From: Acidaminococcus fermentans
GTDB lineage: Bacteria > Bacillota_I > Bacilli_A > RF39 > UBA660
Length of the DNA stretch: 64,000 bases
Reading direction: 5' to 3'
NCBI GenBank assembly: GCA_963660495.1
Contig: CAVKYO010000006.1
Span: forward strand, 1,810-65,809
Made by a program: the position numbers and the translations under genes. Under the pieces are notes generated by a model. That model had not been told where the DNA came from. It saw nothing but the letters and a program-made list of their open reading frames with translations, and did not search any database. Numbering within the stretch: the first letter of the stretch is position 1; every line of letters begins with the position of its first letter. Of this stretch, positions 1 through 9,934 are shown piece by piece.

Positions 1-779
1 AATGTTTTTGTAAATTCCTTACCTTCAAGTTTTTCAACAGCAACATACATAAGACATCCAATGCCAAGATTACAAAACATATCTATCATTGCTAGATTAA
101 GTTTGAAATAACCAAGACTAGCAAAGTTATGCCAGAATGGCATTGTTACACCATTTAAATACATACTACCATAAAACACTAATGAAACCATTGGAATAAT
201 AATTCCTAATGTCCTCTTTTCGTTTTTACATATTAGATAATATAGTAAATAACTAGTTATAAATAATCCAGATATAAACCATAAAGGTCCATTAATTAAC
301 ATATATTCAGAAGATGCTGAACCATATGGCGTAGCTGCAGTACCATAGTTAAATCCAGTTAACATTAAACCGAAAAATTCACCCAAATGATTTAAAAACG
401 CATCAAACCAATTACCTAATGGTACTTTCGTAAATAACATTAATCCTATAAAACCACCAATGTTACCTACTAGAAACCAAACACCTAAAGTTCTAATACG
501 ACTCTTTAAATAAGTCCAAGCAAGAGCAACAGCATTCTCACTAGAATCTTTATCTTTACAAGCACGTCGTATACTTCTCATCATAAAATAACCAGCTATA
601 CATATAAATACTGCTAATGTATCTAATGCATATAAACTTTTAGTAGCATTTTCTCTACCAGGTAATCTACCTAAAATAATAGATAAATGACCAAAAACAA
701 ATCCTATAGAAAATATAAATCTAAATAAATCAATAGTATAATTTCTACTAGATTTTTTTAACTCCTTTTTTTCTTCCAT
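1..779 (-). CDS. Acyltransferase-3 family-like polytopic membrane protein. Partial: the N-terminus (MEEKKELKK...) lies in the window and the gene continues past the window start.
   Basis: Reverse-strand translation gives SRNYTIDLFRFIFSIGFVFGHL followed by many hydrophobic segments. This pattern is typical of the Acyl_transf_3 N-terminus. The ATG at 779 (complement) directly precedes the next gene. Confidence 0.4.
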   Translation of the reverse strand, partial: MEEKKELKKSSRNYTIDLFRFIFSIGFVFGHLSIILGRLPGRENATKSLYALDTLAVFICIAGYFMMRSIRRACKDKDSSENAVALAWTYLKSRIRTLGVWFLVGNIGGFIGLMLFTKVPLGNWFDAFLNHLGEFFGLMLTGFNYGTAATPYGSASSEYMLINGPLWFISGLFITSYLLYYLICKNEKRTLGIIIPMVSLVFYGSMYLNGVTMPFWHNFASLGYFKLNLAMIDMFCNLGIGCLMYVAVEKLEGKEFTKT

Positions 780-789
780 ATTTTTCTCC

Positions 790-2358
790 CTACTTCAATT
801 TTAAATTCATCTTTTCTTCTTTAAATAATGCTTCATCCATTACTTTTAAAGTATCACTTATTAAAGGTTCAAATTCCATCTTAGCTAAGATATCTTTTTC
901 CAAATCAACACCAGGTGCTATTTCAATTAACATTAAGCCTTCTTTAGTAAGTTCAAATACACCACGTTCTGTAATATATTTAACCTTTTTACCAGTTTTT
1001 ATCGCATCTTTTCCCGAAAAAGAAACTTGTTCTACCTTTTTTACAAATTTTAAAGTATTACTATCTTTTACAATATTTACTTTTCCATTTTCAATTCTAA
1101 TGTCGTTTTTACCAGCAGTAAAAATATTAGAAAAACAAATCTTTTTAGTATTTTGCGTTATATTAATAAAACCACCCGGCCCATTAACTAAACCAGAAAA
1201 CTTTGATACATTAACATTACCTTCTTCATCAACTTCAGCAGCACTTAAAAAACATTGATCTAAGCCACCACCATTGTATAAATCAAAAGTATCAGTCATT
1301 TTGTAATAAGCATCAGCATTCATTCCAGCACCAACCATACCACCAGATAAAGTTAAGCCTCCTAATATACCAGTTTCAATACTAAGAGTAAATTTATCTA
1401 AAATATTCTCTTCCATCGCAACGTAAGATATACCCTCTGAAATTCCAAGTCCTAAATTAACCAAGGCACCAGATTTTATTTCCATACAAGCTCTCCTTGA
1501 AATAACTTTCTTTGGTGACAACTTATATTCAGGAACAATAAAATCTTTAACTTTTATTTCACCAGTTAACTCTGGCATGAATTCACCGATAGCATAGCTT
1601 TGTAAATGCTCACCAGGATTAGCTAAAACTACATAATCAACTTCTGATTTATGAACAACTACATTTCTAGGATCAATAGAACCAGCCTTTACTATTTTTT
1701 CAACCTGAAATATAACTTTACCAGCATTATTATGAACAGCTGTAGCCATTTCTAATGTTTCTGGATGAATAGCCTCATGATCACAAGAAATATTACCATC
1801 TTCATCAGCATATGTTCCTCGTAATAAAGCATAATCAATTTTTATTGTTGGATAAAATAAATAATCTTTATTATCTACACTAGCTAGTTCTACAATTCGT
1901 AAGTTCTTATCTTTAGCCTTTTGATTCATTGCACATCCTTCTAATCTCGGATCACAATAAGTATTTAATCCAACATGAGTAATGTACCCAGGATCTTTAC
2001 ACGCTAAAGTTCTAAACATATGTCCAAAATATCCTAACGGTGGTGCATAACAAGCAATTTCATTATTGTTAATAGCGTCCAGTACAACTCTAGGTAACAT
2101 AATAACAGAAGTAATTACGGTATCTATAAGACCAGGTGCACCAATGGCATTAATTCCCCAGTCATCCTTCATACCAGTACCTGCCGCAGCCGGAGTAATT
2201 ACCATTAATTTTTTAGGATGCTTGCTCTCTTCATATCTTTTACCGATAGCTCGTAAAACCGAGTCAGGCGCTCCAAAACCACAAAAGCCACCAACGCCAA
2301 TTACTTTTTCATCATCAATTAAATTTGCAACCTCTTCCAAACTCACAAATTTTGTCAT
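790..2358 (-). CDS. Family I CoA-transferase (propionate/acetate CoA-transferase-like, YdiF/Pct family)
   Basis: 522 aa with a glycine-rich N-terminus (VIGVGGFCGFGAPD). Overall length and motifs match the Pct/YdiF acyl-CoA:acetate CoA-transferases. The ORF is long and uninterrupted. Confidence 0.75.
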   Translation of the reverse strand: MTKFVSLEEVANLIDDEKVIGVGGFCGFGAPDSVLRAIGKRYEESKHPKKLMVITPAAAGTGMKDDWGINAIGAPGLIDTVITSVIMLPRVVLDAINNNEIACYAPPLGYFGHMFRTLACKDPGYITHVGLNTYCDPRLEGCAMNQKAKDKNLRIVELASVDNKDYLFYPTIKIDYALLRGTYADEDGNISCDHEAIHPETLEMATAVHNNAGKVIFQVEKIVKAGSIDPRNVVVHKSEVDYVVLANPGEHLQSYAIGEFMPELTGEIKVKDFIVPEYKLSPKKVISRRACMEIKSGALVNLGLGISEGISYVAMEENILDKFTLSIETGILGGLTLSGGMVGAGMNADAYYKMTDTFDLYNGGGLDQCFLSAAEVDEEGNVNVSKFSGLVNGPGGFINITQNTKKICFSNIFTAGKNDIRIENGKVNIVKDSNTLKFVKKVEQVSFSGKDAIKTGKKVKYITERGVFELTKEGLMLIEIAPGVDLEKDILAKMEFEPLISDTLKVMDEALFKEEKMNLKLK

Positions 2359-2464
2359 ATTTCACCTCCTTATCCTATCTTTACTACATTATACCATGTA
2401 ACAAAGATTTAATAATTATTTAGAAGCAAAAAAAGATGAACATTTTTCATCTTTTTGAACACCT

Positions 2465-3226
2465 TCAACTACATATTACTTCATTTTTTCTTAAACTTAA
2501 CTCATCAGTTTTATCAATATTTTCTCTCAAGGCATTTAAATATTTTTCTAAATAATAATCTTTGTTTTTAGAGTTATATTGCATTATAAATCTTGGATGT
2601 TCTAATGGAATTATTCTATCAAAAAAATTAAACTCCTCATTTATTTTACATAAAAATTTGTAATTTTCACCAGAACCAATACAATAACATATTGACCTAT
2701 CTATATTAAATTCCATTTGCATCTTTAGTGTTTCTACAATAAAATCATATAAACTCATCATTAACTTCTTATTTTCATAATAATTGCAATTTACCTCATT
2801 ATCTTTTGAATTAACTCTTACAATTCCCAATGGACAAACAAAGTTCATATAAAAATCATTATAAAATTTTTTACATCCACCATAACTTTCTATAACATCA
2901 TATAAAAAATTAGATGAAGCCTTATTAACATAAAAGTCATCAATATATATTCCAGTTTCTTTTTGTAAATGTGCTGCATCTTCAAACGGAATCCCTGTTA
3001 CAGCTGTACCTCTTCTTGCTGGAGAACTTCCTAAAACAATACGTCTTTTTTTATTATCACTATAAAACTTATGATAAAAAGTTTCTACAACTTGATTAGT
3101 TTTATATTTAGAATCACTATTAAATGGATTAATTATTTTAAAACCTTCCGGTACATCTATTTTAACATTCGCCAAGTACTTATCAAATTCAATAATTTTA
3201 TCACAAACAAACTGTTTCTTATTCAT
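2465..3226 (-). CDS. Uracil-DNA-glycosylase-superfamily protein (DUF4918-like)
   Basis: Motif LGSSPARRGTAVTGIPFED resembles the UDG-superfamily GxxPxxxG...F active-site region. The start was chosen at the internal ATG at 3226, which has an AGGAG RBS 7 nt upstream. Confidence 0.45.
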   Translation of the reverse strand: MNKKQFVCDKIIEFDKYLANVKIDVPEGFKIINPFNSDSKYKTNQVVETFYHKFYSDNKKRRIVLGSSPARRGTAVTGIPFEDAAHLQKETGIYIDDFYVNKASSNFLYDVIESYGGCKKFYNDFYMNFVCPLGIVRVNSKDNEVNCNYYENKKLMMSLYDFIVETLKMQMEFNIDRSICYCIGSGENYKFLCKINEEFNFFDRIIPLEHPRFIMQYNSKNKDYYLEKYLNALRENIDKTDELSLRKNEVICS

Positions 3227-3621
3227 CACGTCACTCCTACTTTTTACTTTGCACATTAATAAACAATTCAACAATATTACTTTTAAATATTTTCTTAAAG
3301 ATAGACCAAGAAACTTCTTTTTCTGTTAAGCCTTCATAATTACTATTTACCATTTTTATTATTTCATCTTAGTAATTAAATAACACTCATTAATTCTATT
3401 TTTCCATTCATATTCTACCCTCAACTCTTCAATATCCAATTCCAATATAACACATTATTTTACTATTAAAAACAAATTTTATTACACTAATTGATATTTT
3501 TATTTTATTCCATCCAAACATTACCTAAACTTTTTGTCTACATCATACATTTTTCATGTAAAGAACTACAAAATTATACATAAATAATCAACTTAATGAT
3601 ATTATATTATTAGGTGAGAAT

Positions 3622-4518
3622 ATGAAAAGAAAGAAAAAGTTAAAAACAAAAAACTTCCTAATATTTATCATCATAATAATACTAATAATAACTAGTATAA
3701 TTTATGGAATAAATAAAAGTAAAAATAATAACACAAGTTCAAAGGAGAAAAACAAAATAGAAAATAAAGATAAAGTAGATAATACAAAAGAACTAACTGA
3801 ATTAGAAAAAGCAAAAAAAGATTTAGATTATTATATAGATGAATATGAAAATGACTACAAAGAATATCGCGAAAAAAACCAAGACCTATCAATAGAAAAA
3901 GTAATAACAAACGTAAACATCGGTCTAAATTATGACTATTATACACATACTAAAGCTACAAAAGATCTAAATACAAATACTATTCTAGTAAACAAATATA
4001 ATTATTTAACAGAAGATTATGTACCAGAAAATCTTCAAACAGTTGATAAAAAATATTCTTCTAAAACATTACAACTAGTAGACTATGCTAAAGAAGCTTT
4101 TGAAGAATTATCAGAAGCTGCCTCAAAAGAAAATTACACAGTTCTAGCTATGTCAAGTTATAGAAGTTATCAATATCAATATAATTTATATAATAGATAT
4201 GTTAGTACTGATGGAGTTGAAGCAGCCGATACCTATTCAGCAAGACCTGGATACTCAGAACATCAAACCGGTCTAGCCGTAGATGTATATAATGGTAAAG
4301 AAGACTTTACAAATTTTGAAAAAACAAAAGAATACAATTGGATGCAAGATAATGCTTATAAATTTGGTTTCATCTTAAGATTTCCTAAAGATAAAGTATT
4401 AGAAACTGGCTATCAATATGAATCTTGGCATTATAGATATGTAGGTAAAGAAATAGCTAAATACATTCATGATAACAACTTATGTTTTGAAGAGTACTAT
4501 GCAACTCATCTAAATTAA
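3622..4518 (+). CDS. VanY-type D-alanyl-D-alanine carboxypeptidase (peptidase M15B), membrane-anchored
   Basis: N-terminal TM segment, then the motifs SSYRSYQYQ, SEHQTGLAVD and ESWHYRYVG characteristic of VanY/M15B carboxypeptidases. Confidence 0.8.
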   Translation: MKRKKKLKTKNFLIFIIIIILIITSIIYGINKSKNNNTSSKEKNKIENKDKVDNTKELTELEKAKKDLDYYIDEYENDYKEYREKNQDLSIEKVITNVNIGLNYDYYTHTKATKDLNTNTILVNKYNYLTEDYVPENLQTVDKKYSSKTLQLVDYAKEAFEELSEAASKENYTVLAMSSYRSYQYQYNLYNRYVSTDGVEAADTYSARPGYSEHQTGLAVDVYNGKEDFTNFEKTKEYNWMQDNAYKFGFILRFPKDKVLETGYQYESWHYRYVGKEIAKYIHDNNLCFEEYYATHLN

Positions 4519-4530
4519 ATAAACTTAAAA

Positions 4531-4570
4531 GTGTAGTGAATCAAATCGCTACACTTCTTTTTGTTTTTGA
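4531..4570. terminator. Bidirectional rho-independent terminator between the convergent VanY-like and HD-domain genes
   Basis: Hairpin AGTGTAGTGA-atcaaa-TCGCTACACT followed by TTTTTGTTTTTG. It overlaps the 3' end of the minus-strand gene. Confidence 0.5.
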
Positions 4571-5082
4571 ACTTCATTTTCTAACATAGAATAAATTTTT
4601 TCATTATCAATATATTGTTTAGACATTTCTAAAAACACATCATATTTTTTAAACAAATTATTTTTAACATCAACATCAGCAACTAAATTAACATATTTAA
4701 TATTATCCAATAAATCAGCACATTTAACAATCAAAGCCTTATTCCCAAACTTGATACAATTTAAAAACATCTTTCTAGCCTGCACTAACTTATCACTTAT
4801 TTTAGAATCAAAAGTTACTGCCAAAACACATCTAGCAATCTCCTCATCAAATGAATCACAAATATCTTCATAAGTAATATCAGTATCTTCTAATAAATCA
4901 TGTAATATTCCTGAAATAACAATATCCTTAGAATAATCAAGTTCATAAAGTATTGTACCAACTTTAAAACTGTGAAATAACACAGGTTTAAAATTATGAC
5001 CGGATTCATCTAAACTTTTAGAAACAAAATGTAAAGCTATATCCATTTCTTTTTCCAAATTAACATCCTTCAAACTAAACAA
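4549..5082 (-). CDS. HD-domain (p)ppGpp-hydrolase-like protein (small alarmone hydrolase / RelA-SpoT HD domain only)
   Basis: HSFKVG...ILHDLLEDT matches the RelA/SpoT hydrolase HD signature (H...HD...DxxED). At 177 aa it has no synthetase domain. Confidence 0.6.
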   Translation of the reverse strand: MFSLKDVNLEKEMDIALHFVSKSLDESGHNFKPVLFHSFKVGTILYELDYSKDIVISGILHDLLEDTDITYEDICDSFDEEIARCVLAVTFDSKISDKLVQARKMFLNCIKFGNKALIVKCADLLDNIKYVNLVADVDVKNNLFKKYDVFLEMSKQYIDNEKIYSMLENEVQKQKEV

Positions 5083-5121
5083 ATTAAAACCTCCAACAAA
5101 ATAAGAGATACAAAATATCTC

Positions 5122-5712
5122 TTACTCTAAAATTTCTACTTTTTCATCATACTTATTCTTAAAATAATTATATAGCTTATAAAACAAAATAACTATTATC
5201 CAAATAACAAAAACTAAATTACTTATCTGTACAATTGAAAGAACAAGATTATTACTATATAAAGAAACCTTATCAGCTAAATCCAACTTGTACTCATCAA
5301 TAGCAGCAATAAAGTTAAAGAATAAAAAGTATATTATTGAAAAAAAGCTAATATCTAAAACTCTCTTATAATATGGCATCTTACTAAAATTAGATATCAA
5401 AATAAATACTAATGATAAAACAACAATCAAAAAATACACTACAGTAGATGGAAAATAAATATATTTCATTATAGCCTTAAGTAAATAATCAATTGAATAA
5501 GTAGCATAGTCAAAATTCATAACTACAATTACTGTCATAAAAACAATAAACCCAATAACAAAAGACCATAGAACAATTTTATTATTTCTTTTAATATTCA
5601 ATACTAAAAATAAAAATAGTAGAAGTATAATCAAAAATATTTCTATTCCCATAAAAGAAGAAAAAGCATTTTTAATAACTAATCCTATCTTTTCTATTAG
5701 AGATAAAAACAA
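5122..5712 (-). CDS. Hypothetical polytopic membrane protein
   Basis: 196 aa with at least 5 hydrophobic helices. No recognisable motif. Confidence 0.35.
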   Translation of the reverse strand: MFLSLIEKIGLVIKNAFSSFMGIEIFLIILLLFLFLVLNIKRNNKIVLWSFVIGFIVFMTVIVVMNFDYATYSIDYLLKAIMKYIYFPSTVVYFLIVVLSLVFILISNFSKMPYYKRVLDISFFSIIYFLFFNFIAAIDEYKLDLADKVSLYSNNLVLSIVQISNLVFVIWIIVILFYKLYNYFKNKYDEKVEILE

Positions 5713-5733
5713 AGACTACCACCTCCACACTAA

Positions 5734-6405
5734 CTAAACCAACTCTAAAATATAAACAGACTGACTTGTAGAATCATTATTTGTACAAGTAATTAAAGTT
5801 AACGTAGTCTTATCATAGTTTCTAACAATTGTAACAGATCCAACTTTAGGAACAGTATAAACATTAACTAGTTTATATTGATATTTCTTACCTTTATAAG
5901 TAACATAAGCACTATTACCTATATTTAATCGATACAAATAATTAAAATAACTATTATAAGCATCACCTGAATGTGCCATTAAAATTAAATTCCCATTAGG
6001 AACATCTGGCATTGTAGAACCTTTAACTAATGTAACATTATACTGAATATCATTATATTTAGAATCAGTACCATAAAACCCTCTTTTTAATCCTATTCTA
6101 GGTATTTCTAAAACTCCCAAATATTTACTATAATTAATAACTTGAGACTGTTCTTGTACTTGCGTATTCTGAGTATTATCATTAATAATAATTTCAGCAT
6201 CTTTCTCAACTTCAACAGTCTCATCTGTTTTATCAGGAATACTATCAGAAATAGCTATTTGCATATCTGAAAAAACACTATTTTTAATTGCTTTCAAATG
6301 ATTAAAAGATAAAACAAATATTCCCAAAAATATAAGGAAAGAGCCAATTATAAGTAACTGACTCTTTCTAAAACTCTTTTTACTTACTTTCTGATGGTTT
6401 AACAT
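5734..6405 (-). CDS. Sortase (class B-like cysteine transpeptidase)
   Basis: N-terminal membrane anchor. Active-site His in ILMAHSG and Cys in TLITC (TLxTC). Its start overlaps the end of the adjacent surface-protein gene. Confidence 0.75.
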   Translation of the reverse strand: MLNHQKVSKKSFRKSQLLIIGSFLIFLGIFVLSFNHLKAIKNSVFSDMQIAISDSIPDKTDETVEVEKDAEIIINDNTQNTQVQEQSQVINYSKYLGVLEIPRIGLKRGFYGTDSKYNDIQYNVTLVKGSTMPDVPNGNLILMAHSGDAYNSYFNYLYRLNIGNSAYVTYKGKKYQYKLVNVYTVPKVGSVTIVRNYDKTTLTLITCTNNDSTSQSVYILELV

Positions 6406-7618
6406 TTGCATAGATAATACCAATACCAGATAATAGAACTATTAATCCAATAAAGTAAACAGTTTGAGCAGTAGATAAACCAGTATCAGGAACATTTGGA
6501 GTATAATTTAAAGGAATCTCTAAATCAGTTTGAACATTATTTGTAACCGTTTGAACAGCCGCTACGGTTTGATATTGTCCTGCAGTATCAAGATAATAGT
6601 TACCTTCAAGTGTTGTAAATGAACCAGTTACACCAATTTCAATCTTTTTATTATTTTCATTTACCTTATTAACAGGAACTCTTACATAAAATTTATCAGT
6701 ACTAGCCATATTAGAAAGTTGATTATCACTTATCTTATTACCGTTTTCATCTACTATAAATGATCCTTCTGGAGCAGATTTTAATTCAACCGAGTAACCA
6801 TTAAAGTTAGCTGAAGGTGTTGCAGTAACAGATATTTGTGAAGTTTGATAATATTTATCATCAGAAGTTAAAGAAATATTATTAGTTGCGGTATTAATCT
6901 TTAAAAATTTATTAGGAGTACCTTTATTAGCAATAGCTTCTTCTACTAAGTTTTTAACATATTTATCATAGAATGTAGAATCAGACTCACTAGGAAGACC
7001 TACACTACCATCAACTTTATAATAAACATTTTCATTTGCTCCTAGAATTAATGCTTTAGCATTCATTAAATTTTCCTGATCACCATCCGCAAACTTATAA
7101 TTTCCAATAACTGACTCAGGAGTTACTCTTGAATCATTTAAATACATCCAAATAGAAACTTGCGAAACCCAAGTCTTAACAGCGCTTTTTAAATTCTCAT
7201 CAGTATACACAGCAAAAGTTTCATCAAATTCATCACTAGATAATTTAGCAAGTAAATATAATAATCCATAATCTTCTATGGCTGCATCCTTCATATATGT
7301 TTTTCCACCAGCAAAATCTTTATTAGCTTGCATACAGAACAATTGAAGACTACCATACTCAGCAGTAGTTCTAAAAGGATTAACTGGATGAGCAGTAGGA
7401 TACGTATTAATTGTTTCATTACCATCAACATCAGCAGTAGTAAATGTATCTGGCAACTTATTAGTCACCTCAGGAATAGCATAAGAAGTTTGATTCAAAC
7501 CTACTATTACAATAGCAACAACTGCAATAATTGCTAAAGCAAATGTACCAACTATAGACTTAGATTGTAAAAAGTTTTTATTATTTTGTTTATTATTTTC
7601 AATATAAATTTTTTCCAT
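6380..7618 (-). CDS. Sortase-substrate cell-wall surface protein (pilin/adhesin-like) with a VPDTG sorting signal
   Basis: N-terminal signal/TM. The C-terminus is NVPDTG + 24 hydrophobic residues + a KPSESK tail, i.e. a tripartite cell-wall sorting signal. It lies immediately upstream of the sortase. Confidence 0.6.
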   Translation of the reverse strand: MEKIYIENNKQNNKNFLQSKSIVGTFALAIIAVVAIVIVGLNQTSYAIPEVTNKLPDTFTTADVDGNETINTYPTAHPVNPFRTTAEYGSLQLFCMQANKDFAGGKTYMKDAAIEDYGLLYLLAKLSSDEFDETFAVYTDENLKSAVKTWVSQVSIWMYLNDSRVTPESVIGNYKFADGDQENLMNAKALILGANENVYYKVDGSVGLPSESDSTFYDKYVKNLVEEAIANKGTPNKFLKINTATNNISLTSDDKYYQTSQISVTATPSANFNGYSVELKSAPEGSFIVDENGNKISDNQLSNMASTDKFYVRVPVNKVNENNKKIEIGVTGSFTTLEGNYYLDTAGQYQTVAAVQTVTNNVQTDLEIPLNYTPNVPDTGLSTAQTVYFIGLIVLLSGIGIIYANVKPSESK

Positions 7619-7691
7619 AAATTCTCCCTACCTTTATATAAATTATTATACCATAATTTTAATATTTTCAAACTGTTTTCAAATTATTTTT

Positions 7692-8918
7692 CTATTTTAT
7701 AGTAAAAATCTTATCAAAGCAACTTAAATCGACCTTCTTATTTAAATAAACTGTTGCCAAAACGTTGCCTTTCTTTACAGTATCACCAACTAATTTATTT
7801 AAATAAATTCCAACTTCATAATCTATTTTGTCCTCTTTATTAACTCTACCAGCACCAAGTTTAACTGATAACTTTCCTAATTCTAAAGCATCTATTTTTT
7901 TAACAATACCAGATTCAGTAGCCTTTATTTCAACAACATTATCAGCTAAAGATAAAGAATCAATTTTACCATGTTGTTCTTTAACAAATTCCAAGAACTT
8001 TTCATATGCACTGCCAGACTTAATACTATTAATAACTTCTTTATAAGCATCGTCATAACAAATATTTTTACCCATACTTACCATTTCACTAGCAAGTTCA
8101 ATACATAAATCAACTAAATTGGTATTCTTTTCCTTACCTTTAAGCACATCCATAGCTTCCATTACTTCAATACTATTTCCTACTGCGTGACCTAAAGGTA
8201 CATTCATATCACTAATTATAGTTCTTACTTCTCTACCATAAAACTTACCAATTTTCTTCATTAAATCACTTAATTTATTAGCATCAGTTTTTTTCTGTAA
8301 TAAAGCCCCAGATCCTACTTTTATATCTATTAAAATCTTATCAGCACCAGAGGCTATCTTTTTACTCATAATACTTGAAGCAATTAATGGAATTGATGAA
8401 ACAGTACCAGTAACATCTCTTAATGCATAAATTGCTTTATCCATAGGCGCCAAGTCAGCAGTTTGACCAGTAACAACCATACCTATTTTTTTAACTTGAT
8501 TAAATACTTGGTTATCATCTAAGGCTATATTAAAACCTTTAATACTTTCCAATTTATCAATAGTGCCACCTGTATACCCTAATCCTCTACCAGACATCTT
8601 AATAACTGGAACTCCTAAAGAAGCAACTATAGGAGCAATAATCAAAGTAGTTTTATCACCAACACCACCAGTAGAATGTTTATCAACTTTTATCCCTGGT
8701 ATCTCTGAAAAATCAAGTATATCCCCAGAATCAATAAATATCTTAGTTAAAGAAAATATTTCTTCATCAGTCATACCATTAATACAAATAGCCATAAGTA
8801 AACTAGACATTTGATAATCCTTAACATCTCCCTTTAAATATCCATTAAAGAAAAATGAAAGTTCCTTATAAGTCAATTCTAATCCTAATCTCTTTTTATT
8901 AATAATATCTACTATCAT
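7692..8918 (-). CDS. pdp: Pyrimidine-nucleoside (thymidine) phosphorylase
   Basis: The HSTGGVGDKTTL glycosyltransferase-family-3 motif and the N-terminal DYQMSSLLMAI are typical of Pdp/DeoA. Confidence 0.85.
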   Translation of the reverse strand: MIVDIINKKRLGLELTYKELSFFFNGYLKGDVKDYQMSSLLMAICINGMTDEEIFSLTKIFIDSGDILDFSEIPGIKVDKHSTGGVGDKTTLIIAPIVASLGVPVIKMSGRGLGYTGGTIDKLESIKGFNIALDDNQVFNQVKKIGMVVTGQTADLAPMDKAIYALRDVTGTVSSIPLIASSIMSKKIASGADKILIDIKVGSGALLQKKTDANKLSDLMKKIGKFYGREVRTIISDMNVPLGHAVGNSIEVMEAMDVLKGKEKNTNLVDLCIELASEMVSMGKNICYDDAYKEVINSIKSGSAYEKFLEFVKEQHGKIDSLSLADNVVEIKATESGIVKKIDALELGKLSVKLGAGRVNKEDKIDYEVGIYLNKLVGDTVKKGNVLATVYLNKKVDLSCFDKIFTIK

Positions 8919-9322
8919 TGTAAAGTCCTCCTATAAATATAAGAATCACGTTTTTCAAAACCAACTTTTTCATACAAATGATGCGCAGCTACTCTATCTT
9001 TTCTAGAAGTTAATTCTACATATAAAGCCTTATCTTTTCTAGCAACTTCTAATGCTCTTTCCATAAGTAATTGACCAAGTCCAAGATTTCTATAAAATTT
9101 AGCAACACAAACATAGTCAACTAAATAATAAGGTCTACCTTTAACTAAGTCTAAAACTCTAGTAAGAACTAAATATCCAGCCACAACATCATTAACAACT
9201 GCAACATATTCTTTATAGTTTTTATCAGGATTAACATTAGCTTTAGTAACATCAAAAGCTTCTTCCAAAATTCTACTAACATCAAAATAATCAGTCATTC
9301 TATATTCTCTAACGCCTATCAC
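8915..9322 (-). CDS. GNAT family N-acetyltransferase
   Basis: 135 aa. The RNLGLGQLLMERAL acetyl-CoA binding motif (R/Q-x-x-G-x-G/A) is present. Confidence 0.7.
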   Translation of the reverse strand: MIGVREYRMTDYFDVSRILEEAFDVTKANVNPDKNYKEYVAVVNDVVAGYLVLTRVLDLVKGRPYYLVDYVCVAKFYRNLGLGQLLMERALEVARKDKALYVELTSRKDRVAAHHLYEKVGFEKRDSYIYRRTLQ

Positions 9323-9392
9323 ACTATCACCCTATCATAAATATAGCACAAATAAGAAAAAAATACTAGTTTTGAAAAATCAAAATCATAAT

Positions 9393-9425
9393 AAAAAGAA
9401 GGTAGAAGATTCTACCTTTATTTTA
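9393..9425 (-). terminator. Rho-independent terminator downstream of ssb
   Basis: Hairpin GGTAGAA-gat-TCTACC flanked by A/T runs, so it can act bidirectionally. Confidence 0.5.
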
Positions 9426-9433
9426 CTTATATA

Positions 9434-9772
9434 TTATTTTTCTTCTTCCTCTTTTTTTCTACTAGATAAAAACGTTACTTTTTCTGCAACTATATCCATC
9501 AAATATTCTTTCTTTCCATCCTTTTCAACTACTCTAGACTGTACTCTTCCTTTAACACCAATGATATCACCTTTAGAGCAATAAGAAGCTGTATTCTCAG
9601 CAATACTTTCAAAAGCAACACAGTCTATAAAATCAGTATCGTAAGTTCCCTCCATATTCTTAAAACTTCTAGGTATAGCCAAACTTATATTAGCAATTTT
9701 TTTACCATTTTCAGACTTATTAACCTTAATATTTCTAGTAAGTCTTCCAACTAAAATTATTTGATTTAGCAT
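9434..9772 (-). CDS. ssb: Single-stranded DNA-binding protein
   Basis: MLNQIILVGRLTR start and OB-fold pattern. 112 aa with an acidic C-terminal tail. Confidence 0.8.
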   Translation of the reverse strand: MLNQIILVGRLTRNIKVNKSENGKKIANISLAIPRSFKNMEGTYDTDFIDCVAFESIAENTASYCSKGDIIGVKGRVQSRVVEKDGKKEYLMDIVAEKVTFLSSRKKEEEEK

Positions 9773-9934
9773 ACTTCACCTCCCTTCAAGTGTTATATTA
9801 TTAAAAGAAAATAAAAAAGACAAATCACCAAAATTAACATTTCACATACTAAAACCATATAAAAAAAGAGATTCAACCATAGAAAATCTCTTTTTATAAA
9901 CAACACATATATCGAAATAACAACTTTATAAGTA

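Noticed and set aside
2066-2401. 111-aa plus-strand ORF
   Set aside because: It is antisense inside the well-supported CoA-transferase gene. The same applies to 3071-3259, 7328-7537, 7828-8046, 8563-8814, 13126-13353, 14273-14545, 14903-15148, 24407-24595, 29855-30064, 30852-31043, 32204-32395, 32891-33172, 41002-41355, 42054-42314, 42856-43065, 43480-43701, 48756-49089, 49576-49779, 57414-57647, 58891-59112 and 63048-63281. These are spurious frames in AT-rich DNA.
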